From positions 124,001 through 188,000 of the IMG/VR virus record IMGVR_UViG_3300044712_001462: a stretch of 64,000 nt of DNA; one strand, given 5' to 3'. Both the position numbers and the translations under genes were made by a program. The notes under the pieces were generated by a model. It saw only the letters and a program-made list of their open reading frames with translations. It was not told the DNA's origin and made no database searches. Of the stretch, positions 12,233 through 21,700 are shown in pieces. Positions within the stretch are counted from its first letter, which is position 1, and each line of letters begins with the position of its first letter.

Positions 12233-12917
12233 TCCTCACTCCTCATACAACAGCGACACGTACATACCTGAACCGAATACGAGATAAAAGTCGTGTGCTA
12301 GACTGCCCAGTCGATAACCTGCCTCAAAGAACTCATAGCCCCGGTCTGTCTCTGACGTGCCCGGCTGACGCAGAAAGATGCCAGTCACGGCACCTCGATC
12401 GTCCACTAGCGCCGTCGCTGCAGCTACATAGTACGCGTCTTCAGTGAGGCACACATGTGAAATACGCAACCAAACACTTTTTGCTGTGTCCGGTAAGTCA
12501 TAGTATCGGCACAGCCCGTCGTGGCATACAGCTAACTGGTACTCCCTGCCTTGTAGTGAAAACAATCCTGAGATCCATTTATCTTCTGTTCGAAACAACT
12601 GAATGTCGACAGGCATGTCCATGATCCTCTGCATGCTGGTCTCCTTTACTATGTGTGAAGTTAAAACAACCAGGGGCGTTCTCGTTTAATCTCTCGGCCA
12701 GCCTCGAATATGTTCGTTTCCTCGGTGGTTTCCGGCAAATAGTCAAACATCAGTTGCACCACCTCCATCAAATAACCTATCAGCTTGTCCGTAGTTACTG
12801 TGTTTCTGCAAAAGCCATGTTCCATCCTTGCATGCAATGAGACCAATTTTATCTGTTTCTCTGTGTACGCCACCTCGTAACTCCCTCCTAAAAGTAGTAA
12901 CTAACAGGCCCTCACTT

Positions 12918-12946
12918 ATTGTGCCGCATTTTGGCTTGTAATTTAG
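12918..12946 (-). promoter_or_regulatory. phage promoter class A (CTAAATT-N16-CACAAT)
   Basis: One of six copies with an identical 16-nt spacer; intergenic, just after a terminator. Confidence 0.7.
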
Positions 12947-12956
12947 TTTGATAGGT

Positions 12957-12986
12957 AAAAAAAAGCCCCATCAAAATGATGAGGCT
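12957..12986 (-). terminator. intrinsic terminator
   Basis: AGCCTCATCA-TTT-TGATGGGGCT followed by a U-tract. Confidence 0.85.
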
Positions 12987-13006
12987 ATAGTCGTTATCCG
13001 AGATCG

Positions 13007-13198
13007 TTACTTCAGGATCTCACGCAAACTGTCTAGAGTCTGTTCAAGCTTCTCTTGTTCCGCAGTCACTTGCGCTTTCTGCTGATCCACGGCACTGGCT
13101 GCACTCGACAGCATTCCAGCCGACAGCATGGCACCCAAGCACAGACCGAGAAGAACGAACGCCGCACGCTCCAACAGGTACACTTTCCACGTCTTCAT
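13007..13198 (-). CDS. small membrane-anchored or exported coiled-coil protein
   Basis: N-terminal hydrophobic helix followed by a QQKAQVTAEQEKLEQTLDSL heptad tail. Confidence 0.6.
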   Translation of the reverse strand: MKTWKVYLLERAAFVLLGLCLGAMLSAGMLSSAASAVDQQKAQVTAEQEKLEQTLDSLREILK

Positions 13199-13213
13199 GT
13201 TAAATCTCTTTCT

Positions 13214-13339
13214 CTATTTGAGTTCCCATCGGGCTTCAACATCGACATCATCGATGACTGTCTTCGCACACAGAGTCACACGACTCGAAGCGCATCCTGC
13301 CAACAACAGACACAACACGATCACAATCCATGTACGCAT
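13214..13339 (-). CDS. small lipoprotein (41 aa, not in the ORF track)
   Basis: MRTWIVIVLCLLLAGC-ASSRVTLCAKTVIDDVDVEARWELK*; canonical LAGC lipobox; GGGGAG SD upstream. Confidence 0.7.
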   Translation of the reverse strand: MRTWIVIVLCLLLAGCASSRVTLCAKTVIDDVDVEARWELK

Positions 13340-13355
13340 TGCTTTGCTCCCCTAG

Positions 13356-13397
13356 AAAAACAAAAACCCCGCTAACAACGTGAAGTCATTAGCGGGG
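13356..13397 (-). terminator. promoter-proximal intrinsic terminator
   Basis: CCCCGCTAA...TTAGCGGGG followed by TTTTTGTTTTT, about 35-75 nt after the predicted start site of promoter 13439-13467. Confidence 0.8.
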
Positions 13398-13438
13398 CTC
13401 GATACGAAGACTACATACTAAGAGGCTAGTCCTCGTGT

Positions 13439-13467
13439 ATTATGCCCGAAATCCGGCCTGAATTTAG
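13439..13467 (-). promoter_or_regulatory. phage promoter class A (CTAAATT-N16-CATAAT)
   Basis: Reverse complement CTAAATT CAGGCCGGATTTCGGG CATAAT. Confidence 0.75.
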
Positions 13468-13555
13468 GGTAGCAAGAGATACAGACATGCCGACAGTACG
13501 TCGGACAGAAAGCAGATCAACCCAATCCCCGCCGCAACGTGTAACAGCTTCATGA

Positions 13556-14137
13556 CTACCTCACAGTTGGAAGTTCCATACCCTGCCGATAATAACACCT
13601 CCGACCACCCCGCCACTCATTCCACGCCAAAATTGATCGAACCCGCATCGAGTGAGCTTTCTTCTTTGATACTGGCTCACCGTGCACAGAGAGCAGGTAC
13701 TTGCGCAGACGAGCTCTGGGATCACTCTGGTCATCCACGCCATCGCGGACTCCCTTCCAGAACTGCCGAGCCTGCTTGTGGTGTTTCTTGAAGGTGTCAA
13801 CCATGGTGCCGATCACCGGCGCTTTGCGAATATGACGCGCCCGACGCTTCAAGACGTCTGGATACAACATGTCATCCAGAAACTGCACCAGCCGATTCTC
13901 TCCCCGCAGCCGACGAGCCCGCTCGATAGGCGACGAACCATTGGGGAGTGCGCTGCGTTCGGAGTAGAGCTCCAGACCCATAACCGCGCGGTCAACCGCA
14001 GAGGCGCTGGCATCAATCCCGTAAAACTCAGCGCACTTCGAGTTCAACTGACTGGTTGTTACAGGGAGCTCCGCTAGCAGACCATGAACCATGTCAAGCA
14101 ATCCAGACTTCATTCCATCTCTCCTTAGTTGGGACAT
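13556..14137 (-). CDS. hypothetical protein resembling the C-terminal half of phage ParB-like proteins
   Basis: FWKGVRDG...DPRARLRKYL...ILAWNEWRGG resembles the C-terminus of 33456-34493. Start uncertain (14137 or 14116). Confidence 0.5.
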   Translation of the reverse strand: MSQLRRDGMKSGLLDMVHGLLAELPVTTSQLNSKCAEFYGIDASASAVDRAVMGLELYSERSALPNGSSPIERARRLRGENRLVQFLDDMLYPDVLKRRARHIRKAPVIGTMVDTFKKHHKQARQFWKGVRDGVDDQSDPRARLRKYLLSVHGEPVSKKKAHSMRVRSILAWNEWRGGRRCYYRQGMELPTVR

Positions 14138-14160
14138 AAAAGGTAACCAGGTGGTCACGT

Positions 14161-14189
14161 ATTATGCCGCTAGGGAGCCCGGAATTTAG
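14161..14189 (-). promoter_or_regulatory. phage promoter class A
   Basis: Reverse complement CTAAATT CCGGGCTCCCTAGCGG CATAAT; the -35-like box overlaps the upstream stop codon. Confidence 0.75.
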
Positions 14190-14713
14190 CTGGCGCGAGA
14201 GAGCTCATTCGCCTGCAACACACCCGTCTTCCTCGTTGCCACAGTAATGTGGAACTTGAACTCATTGTCTTTAGGAAGCGGCGTGAGCCCATAGCTTTTT
14301 CTTAGCTGTTGGAGCTCAGGCGAATTCACTTCAATAAACCAGACGCGAGAGATACCGGGCCACCCGGCCGGTTTAACCGACCGGAGTGGACCCAGTGTAT
14401 ACCTGAAGACCTGACCCCGTTCTTTGACTTTGTCAGGTCCGCCGATCTGGTCAAGATCTTCGGGCCGCAGCACAGAAATATGTGCATTGAACCCCGGCGG
14501 AAGTTCGGCTCCCGGTTCATGAAGCGCGGCGAACGCTCCACGTACAAGAGCGTTGGGGACTGATAGCAGGCCCCAACCGGACTGGGAGATGAACAATCGA
14601 CCTCCTAAGCTGTACGACAGCTCAGGCGTATCTGCCGCCCGTTTTACGGCGTACCTGCCGAGCAGTTCGGGCAACTGCAGATCGTAACTGTCTGTTATCG
14701 ATATCAGAGACAT
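14186..14713 (-). CDS. 2H phosphoesterase (LigT/Acb1-like superfamily)
   Basis: Two HxS/T motifs, AHISV and FHITV, about 76 aa apart in a 175-aa protein. Confidence 0.75.
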   Translation of the reverse strand: MSLISITDSYDLQLPELLGRYAVKRAADTPELSYSLGGRLFISQSGWGLLSVPNALVRGAFAALHEPGAELPPGFNAHISVLRPEDLDQIGGPDKVKERGQVFRYTLGPLRSVKPAGWPGISRVWFIEVNSPELQQLRKSYGLTPLPKDNEFKFHITVATRKTGVLQANELSRAS

Positions 14714-14716
14714 AAA

Positions 14717-14870
14717 GGGCCTCCCTGCCCGTTACGATCAACCAACTTCGCTGTCACAGAGATGCATGAGCATCTAACTGGTCTCGGTTTTACCACGCAG
14801 TCCCGTGTGCGCTACTTAAAGTCTGCATCCGTGCAGAGGGATCGATCTAAAACGGCTGTGAAAAGCATCT
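14717..14870 (-). ncRNA. candidate structured 5' leader of the 2H phosphoesterase
   Basis: Stems CCGTT/AACGG, GATCGA/TTGATC, TCTGCA/TGCAGA, GCGCA/TGCGT and AGATGC/GCATCT; a GGGC-AGGGAG-GCCC hairpin covers the SD. Confidence 0.45.
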
Positions 14871-14909
14871 ACTAAATAATGTAGCCAGGCTCTTCACATT
14901 AGCGCTAGG

Positions 14910-15887
14910 TCAAACGGCTACGGCCTGATCCGAGAACTCTGCAATTGCTTCCTGCCAGGTGGGCATCTCAATCGGAGTCAGGGCTTCCAACTTCTCGATC
15001 GAGAGGGGTGTGGAGTGCACAATCTCAGCAGGCGAATCCCCCATCAGCTGAGCGATCTCCTTGTGCGGAGCGGGTTCGAAAACACGCCCCTGCCAATGAA
15101 TCGCGTTTCGGAGCCGGTATGCAAAGTCAAAGGGCGTGGTCACACCCGAGTTTGCCACATGGTACAGGCCCTGAGGTACCGTCTTCCGGTTCTCAGCCAG
15201 CCAAATGATGACCTTAGCCAGATGCGGCACAAAGCACGGAGTAATCTTCAGATCGTTCGCCAACAAGTGCGAAGGCATTTGTGACGTTCTAGGAGGAGAC
15301 AGAACCTGCTGAGTCAGATCCGTCCGCCACTGACGGTGCTCTGAATACGGAGAAAACAGATGGCCGCATCGGAGAACCCAGTACGAGAAGCCATCGAGCT
15401 GACCCGTCTGGCCCAAACGCATGACTGCGTGCTCGGAATAGGACATGGCAGAGGCCAGGAAGTTGGGAGGGGCCACAGGATCGGTCTCTGTGTACAGATG
15501 AGATGAGGGCTGCATCCCCATCCCAAATACCGAGTGGCACGATAGATGAATTAGTGGGATCTTGAGGAAGGCACCAAGCTTGGCCAGGTTATCTGCCCCC
15601 CGGACAAGCGTATTCCACGTTTGTTCCCTGTTTCGGGCGGCTGCCCTCCAGTCTGCAACTCCCGCGGTGTTAACAATGACGTCTGGCTTCAACAGCTCAA
15701 GCTGCTCGCGGCAAGCCTGAAAATTCGAAACATCAAGCATCTCTCTGGTTTTAACAACGTAATTCCTGACCCCTCCTCCATTCTGTGCATCAAGTTCTCG
15801 TACAATCGCTGATCCTAATTGTCCCGTCGTCCCGGTAATCAGTATCTGGGCGCGTCTTCTCGATACCATATCTTCCCCTATTGACAA
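14910..15887 (-). CDS. rmlD: RmlD (dTDP-4-dehydrorhamnose reductase)-like extended SDR, catalytic motif degenerate
   Basis: ILITGTTGQLG, KPDVIVNTAG, YTETD, GLYHVAN and MPTWQEAI. The canonical STDYVF and YxxxK positions read SCHSVF and LASAM. Confidence 0.75.
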   Translation of the reverse strand: MSIGEDMVSRRRAQILITGTTGQLGSAIVRELDAQNGGGVRNYVVKTREMLDVSNFQACREQLELLKPDVIVNTAGVADWRAAARNREQTWNTLVRGADNLAKLGAFLKIPLIHLSCHSVFGMGMQPSSHLYTETDPVAPPNFLASAMSYSEHAVMRLGQTGQLDGFSYWVLRCGHLFSPYSEHRQWRTDLTQQVLSPPRTSQMPSHLLANDLKITPCFVPHLAKVIIWLAENRKTVPQGLYHVANSGVTTPFDFAYRLRNAIHWQGRVFEPAPHKEIAQLMGDSPAEIVHSTPLSIEKLEALTPIEMPTWQEAIAEFSDQAVAV

Positions 15888-15958
15888 GAAGGAATTGAGC
15901 CACCAGCGCTAATATACCAATTCGCGCGCGCGGATCAACTAGCCTACAGGGGATAGCT

Positions 15959-15994
15959 AAAAAAAACCTGGCCCCCACGAATGTGAGGACCAGG
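15959..15994 (-). terminator. intrinsic terminator
   Basis: CCTGGTCCTCAC-ATTC-GTGGGGGCCAGG followed by U8. Confidence 0.85.
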
Positions 15995-16123
15995 CTTGTC
16001 ATAGATTCACTGCTCATACAAAGCAGCAAGTCGAATATAGCTCAGAAAAAGGAGCTGTCTAGTACTTGTCGGCGCACTCGCAACAAGTTAAACGCCACTC
16101 CGGCACGTAGTACTCCTCGAGCT

Positions 16124-17497
16124 CTAGATCACAGTCGCTACGACCACAACAGCTGCATCGTTCGGGTTCTCGGGCAGATTCAGGGTACTTTGTGGGCATT
16201 TGTCTGTCTCCAAAGGCTGGTGTCCGAGAATCAGACGCGCAGCATATTCCTTGTACTCATCCCAGTCACGCAATCGCTCCGAAGGTGTAATGAACACCAT
16301 ACAAGCGTCTTTCAGTGTTTGCAGCTCTGTCTCCAGATCCGAGACGCGTTGAGTCACGCCTTCCTTCATCGCCTCGTAGCACTCAACCTCTTCACGAAGC
16401 AGGTAGCACTGATCCGTCAGCTTAGAAATGCGGGCATTCGCACCTTTGAGAAGCTCATCCTGATGCGACACACCATCTCGCAGCTGGTCGATAACACGCT
16501 GGGCATGTGTCGCAGCCACAACATACTCGGCGTTGCGAAGCTGCAACCGCTCCTTATCAGCTTTAAGCTGATTATTCTCTTTACCCAGCTCACGGATGCG
16601 CTCAAGCATCTGCATTTTCGAAGCACCGATCGACATGATTATCTCCCAAAATCAGGTACTACGTCACCGGTCGGTTTTGATTTTGACGTGATTTCTACCT
16701 TGCCGCAAAGCGTACACTCTCGTGTCCAGGCTCTCCGGTACCGAGTAACCCAGTTTGTCTCATACCAGATGTCTGAACCCTGCCGAACGCAGTTGCCCAT
16801 TTCCGGAGACTGATAGGCCTCTTGAATAGCCTTAGGCTCACTAAATTGATGAGGACACGCCGCTTCGACTTTTTGAAGCTCATCCCGCAGCTGCTTCACT
16901 TCCAACTGCAGCTGTCTTAGATGTTCCCGTTTTTGCGATATACTCATGCCTCAGCTCCTGAAGTACAGAACACGAAGCATCTTCACCTCAGCCTTTTCAG
17001 CGGCTCCCTTGGTGAAGAATGCCCCGTGCTCGTCATAGGTCGTAACCCCTCCCATCCGCTCAGCAAACTCACCGAGCCAACGGATCACCCACGTAGGGCG
17101 TCCATCCACAAGCGGGCCTGGGTCGATATGCGAGACCCGCTCGATTTGGCCAAGCGCTCCGAGCTTACTGAGGAATGGCAGAAACTCATCGTGCCATTCG
17201 GCGGTAGTCCCGGACTCCCCGAATTTGATCATACATGATGTCATACTCGTCCTCGTTCTCCGCTTGGCGCAACTGCGCAAGCTCGCCTGCGAGCCGATCC
17301 ACAACCAGATCGAACTCTTCGTCGTCGAACTCCCTGTCATTCACAGTGATACAGGGATCGGAAATGTACTCTTCCATACAGGTGTGACACACAAACACCT
17401 GCCGACCATCAATACGCTCACCGGCCGACAGAATATCATGGGACTCGCCACAGTAGCAACATTCCTTCGTAGCCATTTTTGAACACCCTCTAAACAA
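16124..17497 (-). other. operon of small hypothetical genes (coiled-coil and zinc-finger proteins)
   Basis: Four or five coupled ORFs between promoter 17575 and terminator 15959. Confidence 0.6.
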
Positions 17498-17506
17498 GAG
17501 ATACCG

Positions 17507-17548
17507 AGAAAGAAAAAGAGGACACAGGTTTTACGCTGTATCCTCTTT
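17507..17548 (-). terminator. promoter-proximal intrinsic terminator
   Basis: AAAGAGGATACAG...CTGTGTCCTCTTT followed by TTCTTTCT, just downstream of promoter 17575-17603. Confidence 0.75.
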
Positions 17549-17574
17549 GGGCCGAGGGACTATTCGGTCCACGT

Positions 17575-17603
17575 ATTATGCCGCCATTTTCAACGAAATT
17601 TAG
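17575..17603 (-). promoter_or_regulatory. phage promoter class A
   Basis: Reverse complement CTAAATT TCGTTGAAAATGGCGG CATAAT. Confidence 0.75.
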
Positions 17604-18787
17604 GCAGCTTCAGCCGTCTCAGTCTCCTTGTCAGAGGGCTCCTCAGCCGGGACCGGGTCAGGTCGCAACACCTTTCTTCGGGTCGTCTCAGAAGACATAC
17701 CCATGATCGAGGTGAACAATTCATCCATGCGTCCCAATACGAACTCACGCTGCGTCCCATCTTTCCGCAAACGATTCGCTACCGTCGTAGCATCCTCGCC
17801 TACCCCTTTCAGAACGTTGTGGAGCTCTTCGAACTGGGCCCCAATCTGGCGACCATTCAAGATGCCAAACGGCTCAATCTTCGACTTGTACTCCTCAATC
17901 GCTTTGAAGACGCGCTCAATCACGCCATCCTTAAACGACTTTTGCGTACCATCCTGCCAGCCGCGGATCGAAGACACCATCTGCTGCAAACCCATCGCCA
18001 TCGCTTCTTCGATCAACTCCGCCTGCTTCTCAGCGACTTCGGTAAATTGCGCATTCAGTCGCGCCTGTTGTCGCCGGTATTCAGCCGGGTTCACCGCCTT
18101 CAAATACTCCGGCAACTCGAAGTTGTAGGTCTCAAAGCCCACGCCGATCTCCTGGTGGAGCCGTTCAGACGTCGGGTAATCCGACTCGTCATGCAACTCT
18201 CGGAGACGCTCCCGACACGTCGCCATGACTTCTGACCAGTTATTAGCCAGCTCATCAATAGCCTGCCGGAAGTCTGAGATCAGATCGTTGATCTCATCCA
18301 GGAACACACGCACTTCCTCATTCTGATCCTGTTCGGTCTCCCCGCGGACACCAAACAAGCGCACCCCATCTTCGGGGTACTTGAGGGTTTTCGATTGCCA
18401 GTACTTGATGAGCTTGGCCTTGGCCACCTGAACCGCGTGAATCGAAGGATGCTTCGCATACAACACTTTAGTAAAGCGGAGATGCGAGGGATCGCAGTCC
18501 ACGCTGCCAGCCAGCTTATGCGCTGCATCACCCTTAATCTTCCGGCTCTTACTCAGGTCATTGAACTTCAACCGGAAAGCTCGGGCGACTGCCTTAATGG
18601 TCTGCCCAGCTTCACGATAGCGCTCACGCTGTACCGCACGATCTTCTGCTGGAGGCAGATCCGCCAGCATCTTATCCACCTGCTCTTTGGTCAGGTGCTT
18701 CGTTGTCGTCTTCTTCTTTTTCTTCGACGACTTCTTCCCCACGTGCTGCTTAAGCTTCTGTAACAATTCAGGAGAGATACTTGCCAT
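17600..18787 (-). CDS. helical coiled-coil protein, DUF3150-like, partner of the AAA ATPase
   Basis: YWQSKTLKYPEDGVRLF...RERLRELHDESDYP motif; coupled to the ATPase through TAATG. Confidence 0.55.
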   Translation of the reverse strand: MASISPELLQKLKQHVGKKSSKKKKKTTTKHLTKEQVDKMLADLPPAEDRAVQRERYREAGQTIKAVARAFRLKFNDLSKSRKIKGDAAHKLAGSVDCDPSHLRFTKVLYAKHPSIHAVQVAKAKLIKYWQSKTLKYPEDGVRLFGVRGETEQDQNEEVRVFLDEINDLISDFRQAIDELANNWSEVMATCRERLRELHDESDYPTSERLHQEIGVGFETYNFELPEYLKAVNPAEYRRQQARLNAQFTEVAEKQAELIEEAMAMGLQQMVSSIRGWQDGTQKSFKDGVIERVFKAIEEYKSKIEPFGILNGRQIGAQFEELHNVLKGVGEDATTVANRLRKDGTQREFVLGRMDELFTSIMGMSSETTRRKVLRPDPVPAEEPSDKETETAEAA

Positions 18788-21700
18788 TAGTTAACATTGG
18801 GTCGAACTACCGACCGCCTCTTACCTCCGCCAGTGATGTCTGACACGCTGACCACTTGTTTCGCTCCTACATCGTAAAGCCCCGGAGCTGAGGCGTTCAA
18901 ACATCGTCCAGAGGCCCAGGCTCGCAGATCCTGCAGTTTGGTATCTGCCATTCGAGTGACAGGTACCACCTGCTTCGCAGCTTCGTCCAGAGAAACCTCA
19001 CGAATTGCCGCTAGGCGACAGCACGCCTTAATTTCAGCACCCGTCCAGCCCTCACTCAGCGTAAGGAGACTGTGCTTCACCTTGTCTGTCCGCGACTCCG
19101 CATGGCCATACAGATGCAAGTAGATCTGCCAAATAGCCAGGCGCTCTTCCTCTGTGGGAACATCCACAAAGAACACCGCATCAAAACGCTCCGCCCGAGA
19201 GAATTCTGGTGGGAGCATCGAGATGTTGTTGCAATTATGAACCACAACCCCAGACGCCATAAACGAGTGATGGGGCTCCTCAATAACCACATCGTAAACA
19301 GTCTGCTCACCAAGCGGAGAGGGTTCAACAGACACCACACTGACCCACTTCTGAGACCAAATACGTCGAACCTGCTCCAGCTCGTCTGCAATTTCGCGAG
19401 CCGCAGACTCGGACATCTTGGCAACATAGTGATCTACAATCACCTGCCACAACTCCGCCGTATCCGCCGATATTAGCGGAGTGTACTGCCTGTAGTTTGG
19501 CAACACCGATGTATAGCGACCAGCCGCTTTTAAAATAATCTCCAAACAATCATGCATTCCCGGAACACTCCGAACTCCATCTCCGTTAACCTCCTTAGGC
19601 CTACATATCCGACTTTTCTTGTCCGGGTGCTGAAACGGAATGAGCTGTGCAAACCGATGACAAGACTCCGAATCGCGGATACTCAGCTTAGTTACATCCT
19701 TGCGAGGAAGCTTTCGCGAAATCGTTGCAACAGAACCTTGAATATCAAATCTCGTTAAGAGAAGTCGAAGCTGGTCGATCATGACTGGGCTAGTTACCGC
19801 AATCTCAATTCGCCCACGTTTACTGATATAGCCCTCGGCGTCAAAAAGACCCGCTATAAAGGACAACACCACATCCTTGTCCGGAGATGCCATTACATCT
19901 TGAGGTATTTCTCGCACACATTGCAGGCATAAGATGTCTGGAAAATACTGCTCAAACCAATCTAACAGAAGACGACGATCCAGATAGATGTAGTACGACT
20001 GTGCTTTTGGACGCTTATCAATAACCTTTGGCTCTACTCCAAACAAACTACGAATCAGCGAGCATAGGTGCTGAGTCAGACCTGCGCTAAACTCAGATAA
20101 TTGAAGCCGATGGGCCTTCCTGTTTAAAAGCTTACCTTTACCCCCGTCCCCGCAGCAAAATCCAAGAAAATACGCCAATTCTGCTGTTAAGTACTCTGGT
20201 TGTTTAACAGGTTTCTGTCGGGATCGTGCTGGTAACGGCAGATACCGTTTTGCGGGTTTTGATCCCACTGGAGCTTTAGCTTTAGAAAGCAATAGATCAT
20301 CAGCAGTAAGATGCTTCGCTTCTTTCTCAGCTATTTTACCGTTTTGAAAGACAAAGAATCTGTGATCAGGCGTTGCATCGATGAACCCAGCTGACGTACG
20401 TATGCGTAGCATGTCGCGAATACCGCGGCTGTACACTAGCCCGGAGCCAGATACCCACTGACCAGTCTCGTCATCCACACTCAGGAACGTTTCACGTTGG
20501 CCTACAAGCGACTCAAGTTTACAGATACGCCCGTCCGCCAACTCAACAAGTGTTCCACCGGCCAAACACGTACCGATGAAAAACACATCTGACGTATGGT
20601 CGTTCAACCAACTGAGTAACTTACCAAAAATGCGATCACCAGAGCCGCCATCTGTCATCGATGATGACTGACCTGCTCCGGACAGTGCTTTCTCGATTTC
20701 CACTTGTGTTACGAGATACCCGTTTCCGGTACCTCTCTTACGGTTACCCGTAAGGTCAGACTATTTCATCCTGTCGCTGCGACAGGGCCCCCGTTTCGAG
20801 ATCACTTGATCTCTACTTCCTTTCGGAATAGTCGTTGAACGTTTCAGTCATAGACTGACTTCGCTGCAGATAATCCAGGCTAGTGGACTTCCCTGCAATT
20901 AGAGGGCTTTGCATCGGCATGTCACCACGCCGAGGGACTAACGTTAATCCACAAAGAGAATGCACGGCTGCATAGCATCAGCCAGCTTCAGAGCCATCCG
21001 GACATTGGCATCCGTTTCACCCTGAAACTTCGATCTGAGTGCGCCCATATCCATCATGAGCACTTTGCGCTGGGTCTCATTACCCATCGCCTTAATGATC
21101 GCACTCTTACCGGCACCAGGCACACCAAGGAGCAGCATACCACGAGGCTGAAGCAGAGGATTATCTCGTCGCCGAAGTAGCTGCTTCGAGAACTCCTTGA
21201 ATTGCTGCAACCCACCCAACTGCGCATAAGTGTCTGTGCCTTTGTAGATCTCCAGTACACCGCGCTTCTTGAGATCCTGAGCCTTCAGGTCCCAGATCTC
21301 ATTGGGATCGAGCTTACCGGTCTTCGCCAGAGACAAACTCAGAGCATCCTCGAAACCACGTCGAGACAATCCCGCCGCAGCATCTAAGACCAGTCGTTTG
21401 TCGTCATCCGTTTTAGGTAACTCCGTCTCCGCACAGATGTTCTTAGCGATCGACCAGAGTTGTTCCTTACCTGGCAGCTCGTGCTCCAGGATTACAAAGT
21501 CCTTCTCTAGCTCTCGAGGGATCTCAATCATCGGAGAGAGCACAATGGCGCAGCAGGAGACCTGGCCCTCCGCCTTACAATCCGTTACCGCGTTCTGCAG
21601 AGCCTGCATGATGGGTAGGTTGTGAACCAGCTGCTGGTGATGGAAATTCTTGAGAATCCAGATGACGTGAGTAGCACCCTCGCTACCCTGGGACTCTTGA

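Larger units (their letters stand above)
2151..12873 (-). other. array of about 35 small coupled hypothetical phage genes (early/accessory region)
   Basis: Consecutive 45-245 aa minus-strand ORFs with ATGA/GTGA overlaps and GGAG SD motifs; many CxxC zinc ribbons and coiled coils. Bounded by the promoter at 12918-12946 and the terminator at 2096-2127. Confidence 0.75.

Noticed and set aside
13007-13339. Spanin pair
   Set aside because: Both proteins are very short, the order is reversed relative to typical i-/o-spanin genes, and no endolysin or holin is nearby.
14761-14845. Twister or hammerhead ribozyme (GTCCC...GAGGG; CTGTGA...CGAA)
   Set aside because: Only partial resemblance; conserved core nucleotides and helix order could not be matched by eye.
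15983-16813. Long plus-strand ORFs (this one, 58252-59007, 11331-11924 and others)
   Set aside because: Antisense shadows of well-coupled minus-strand genes; no SD motifs or recognisable protein motifs.
20701-20946. Apparent split, pseudogenised or stop-recoded ATPase
   Set aside because: The gap has all group I intron hallmarks and its removal restores the frame and Walker B. TAA, TAG and TGA all act as normal stops elsewhere, so there is no sign of an alternative genetic code.
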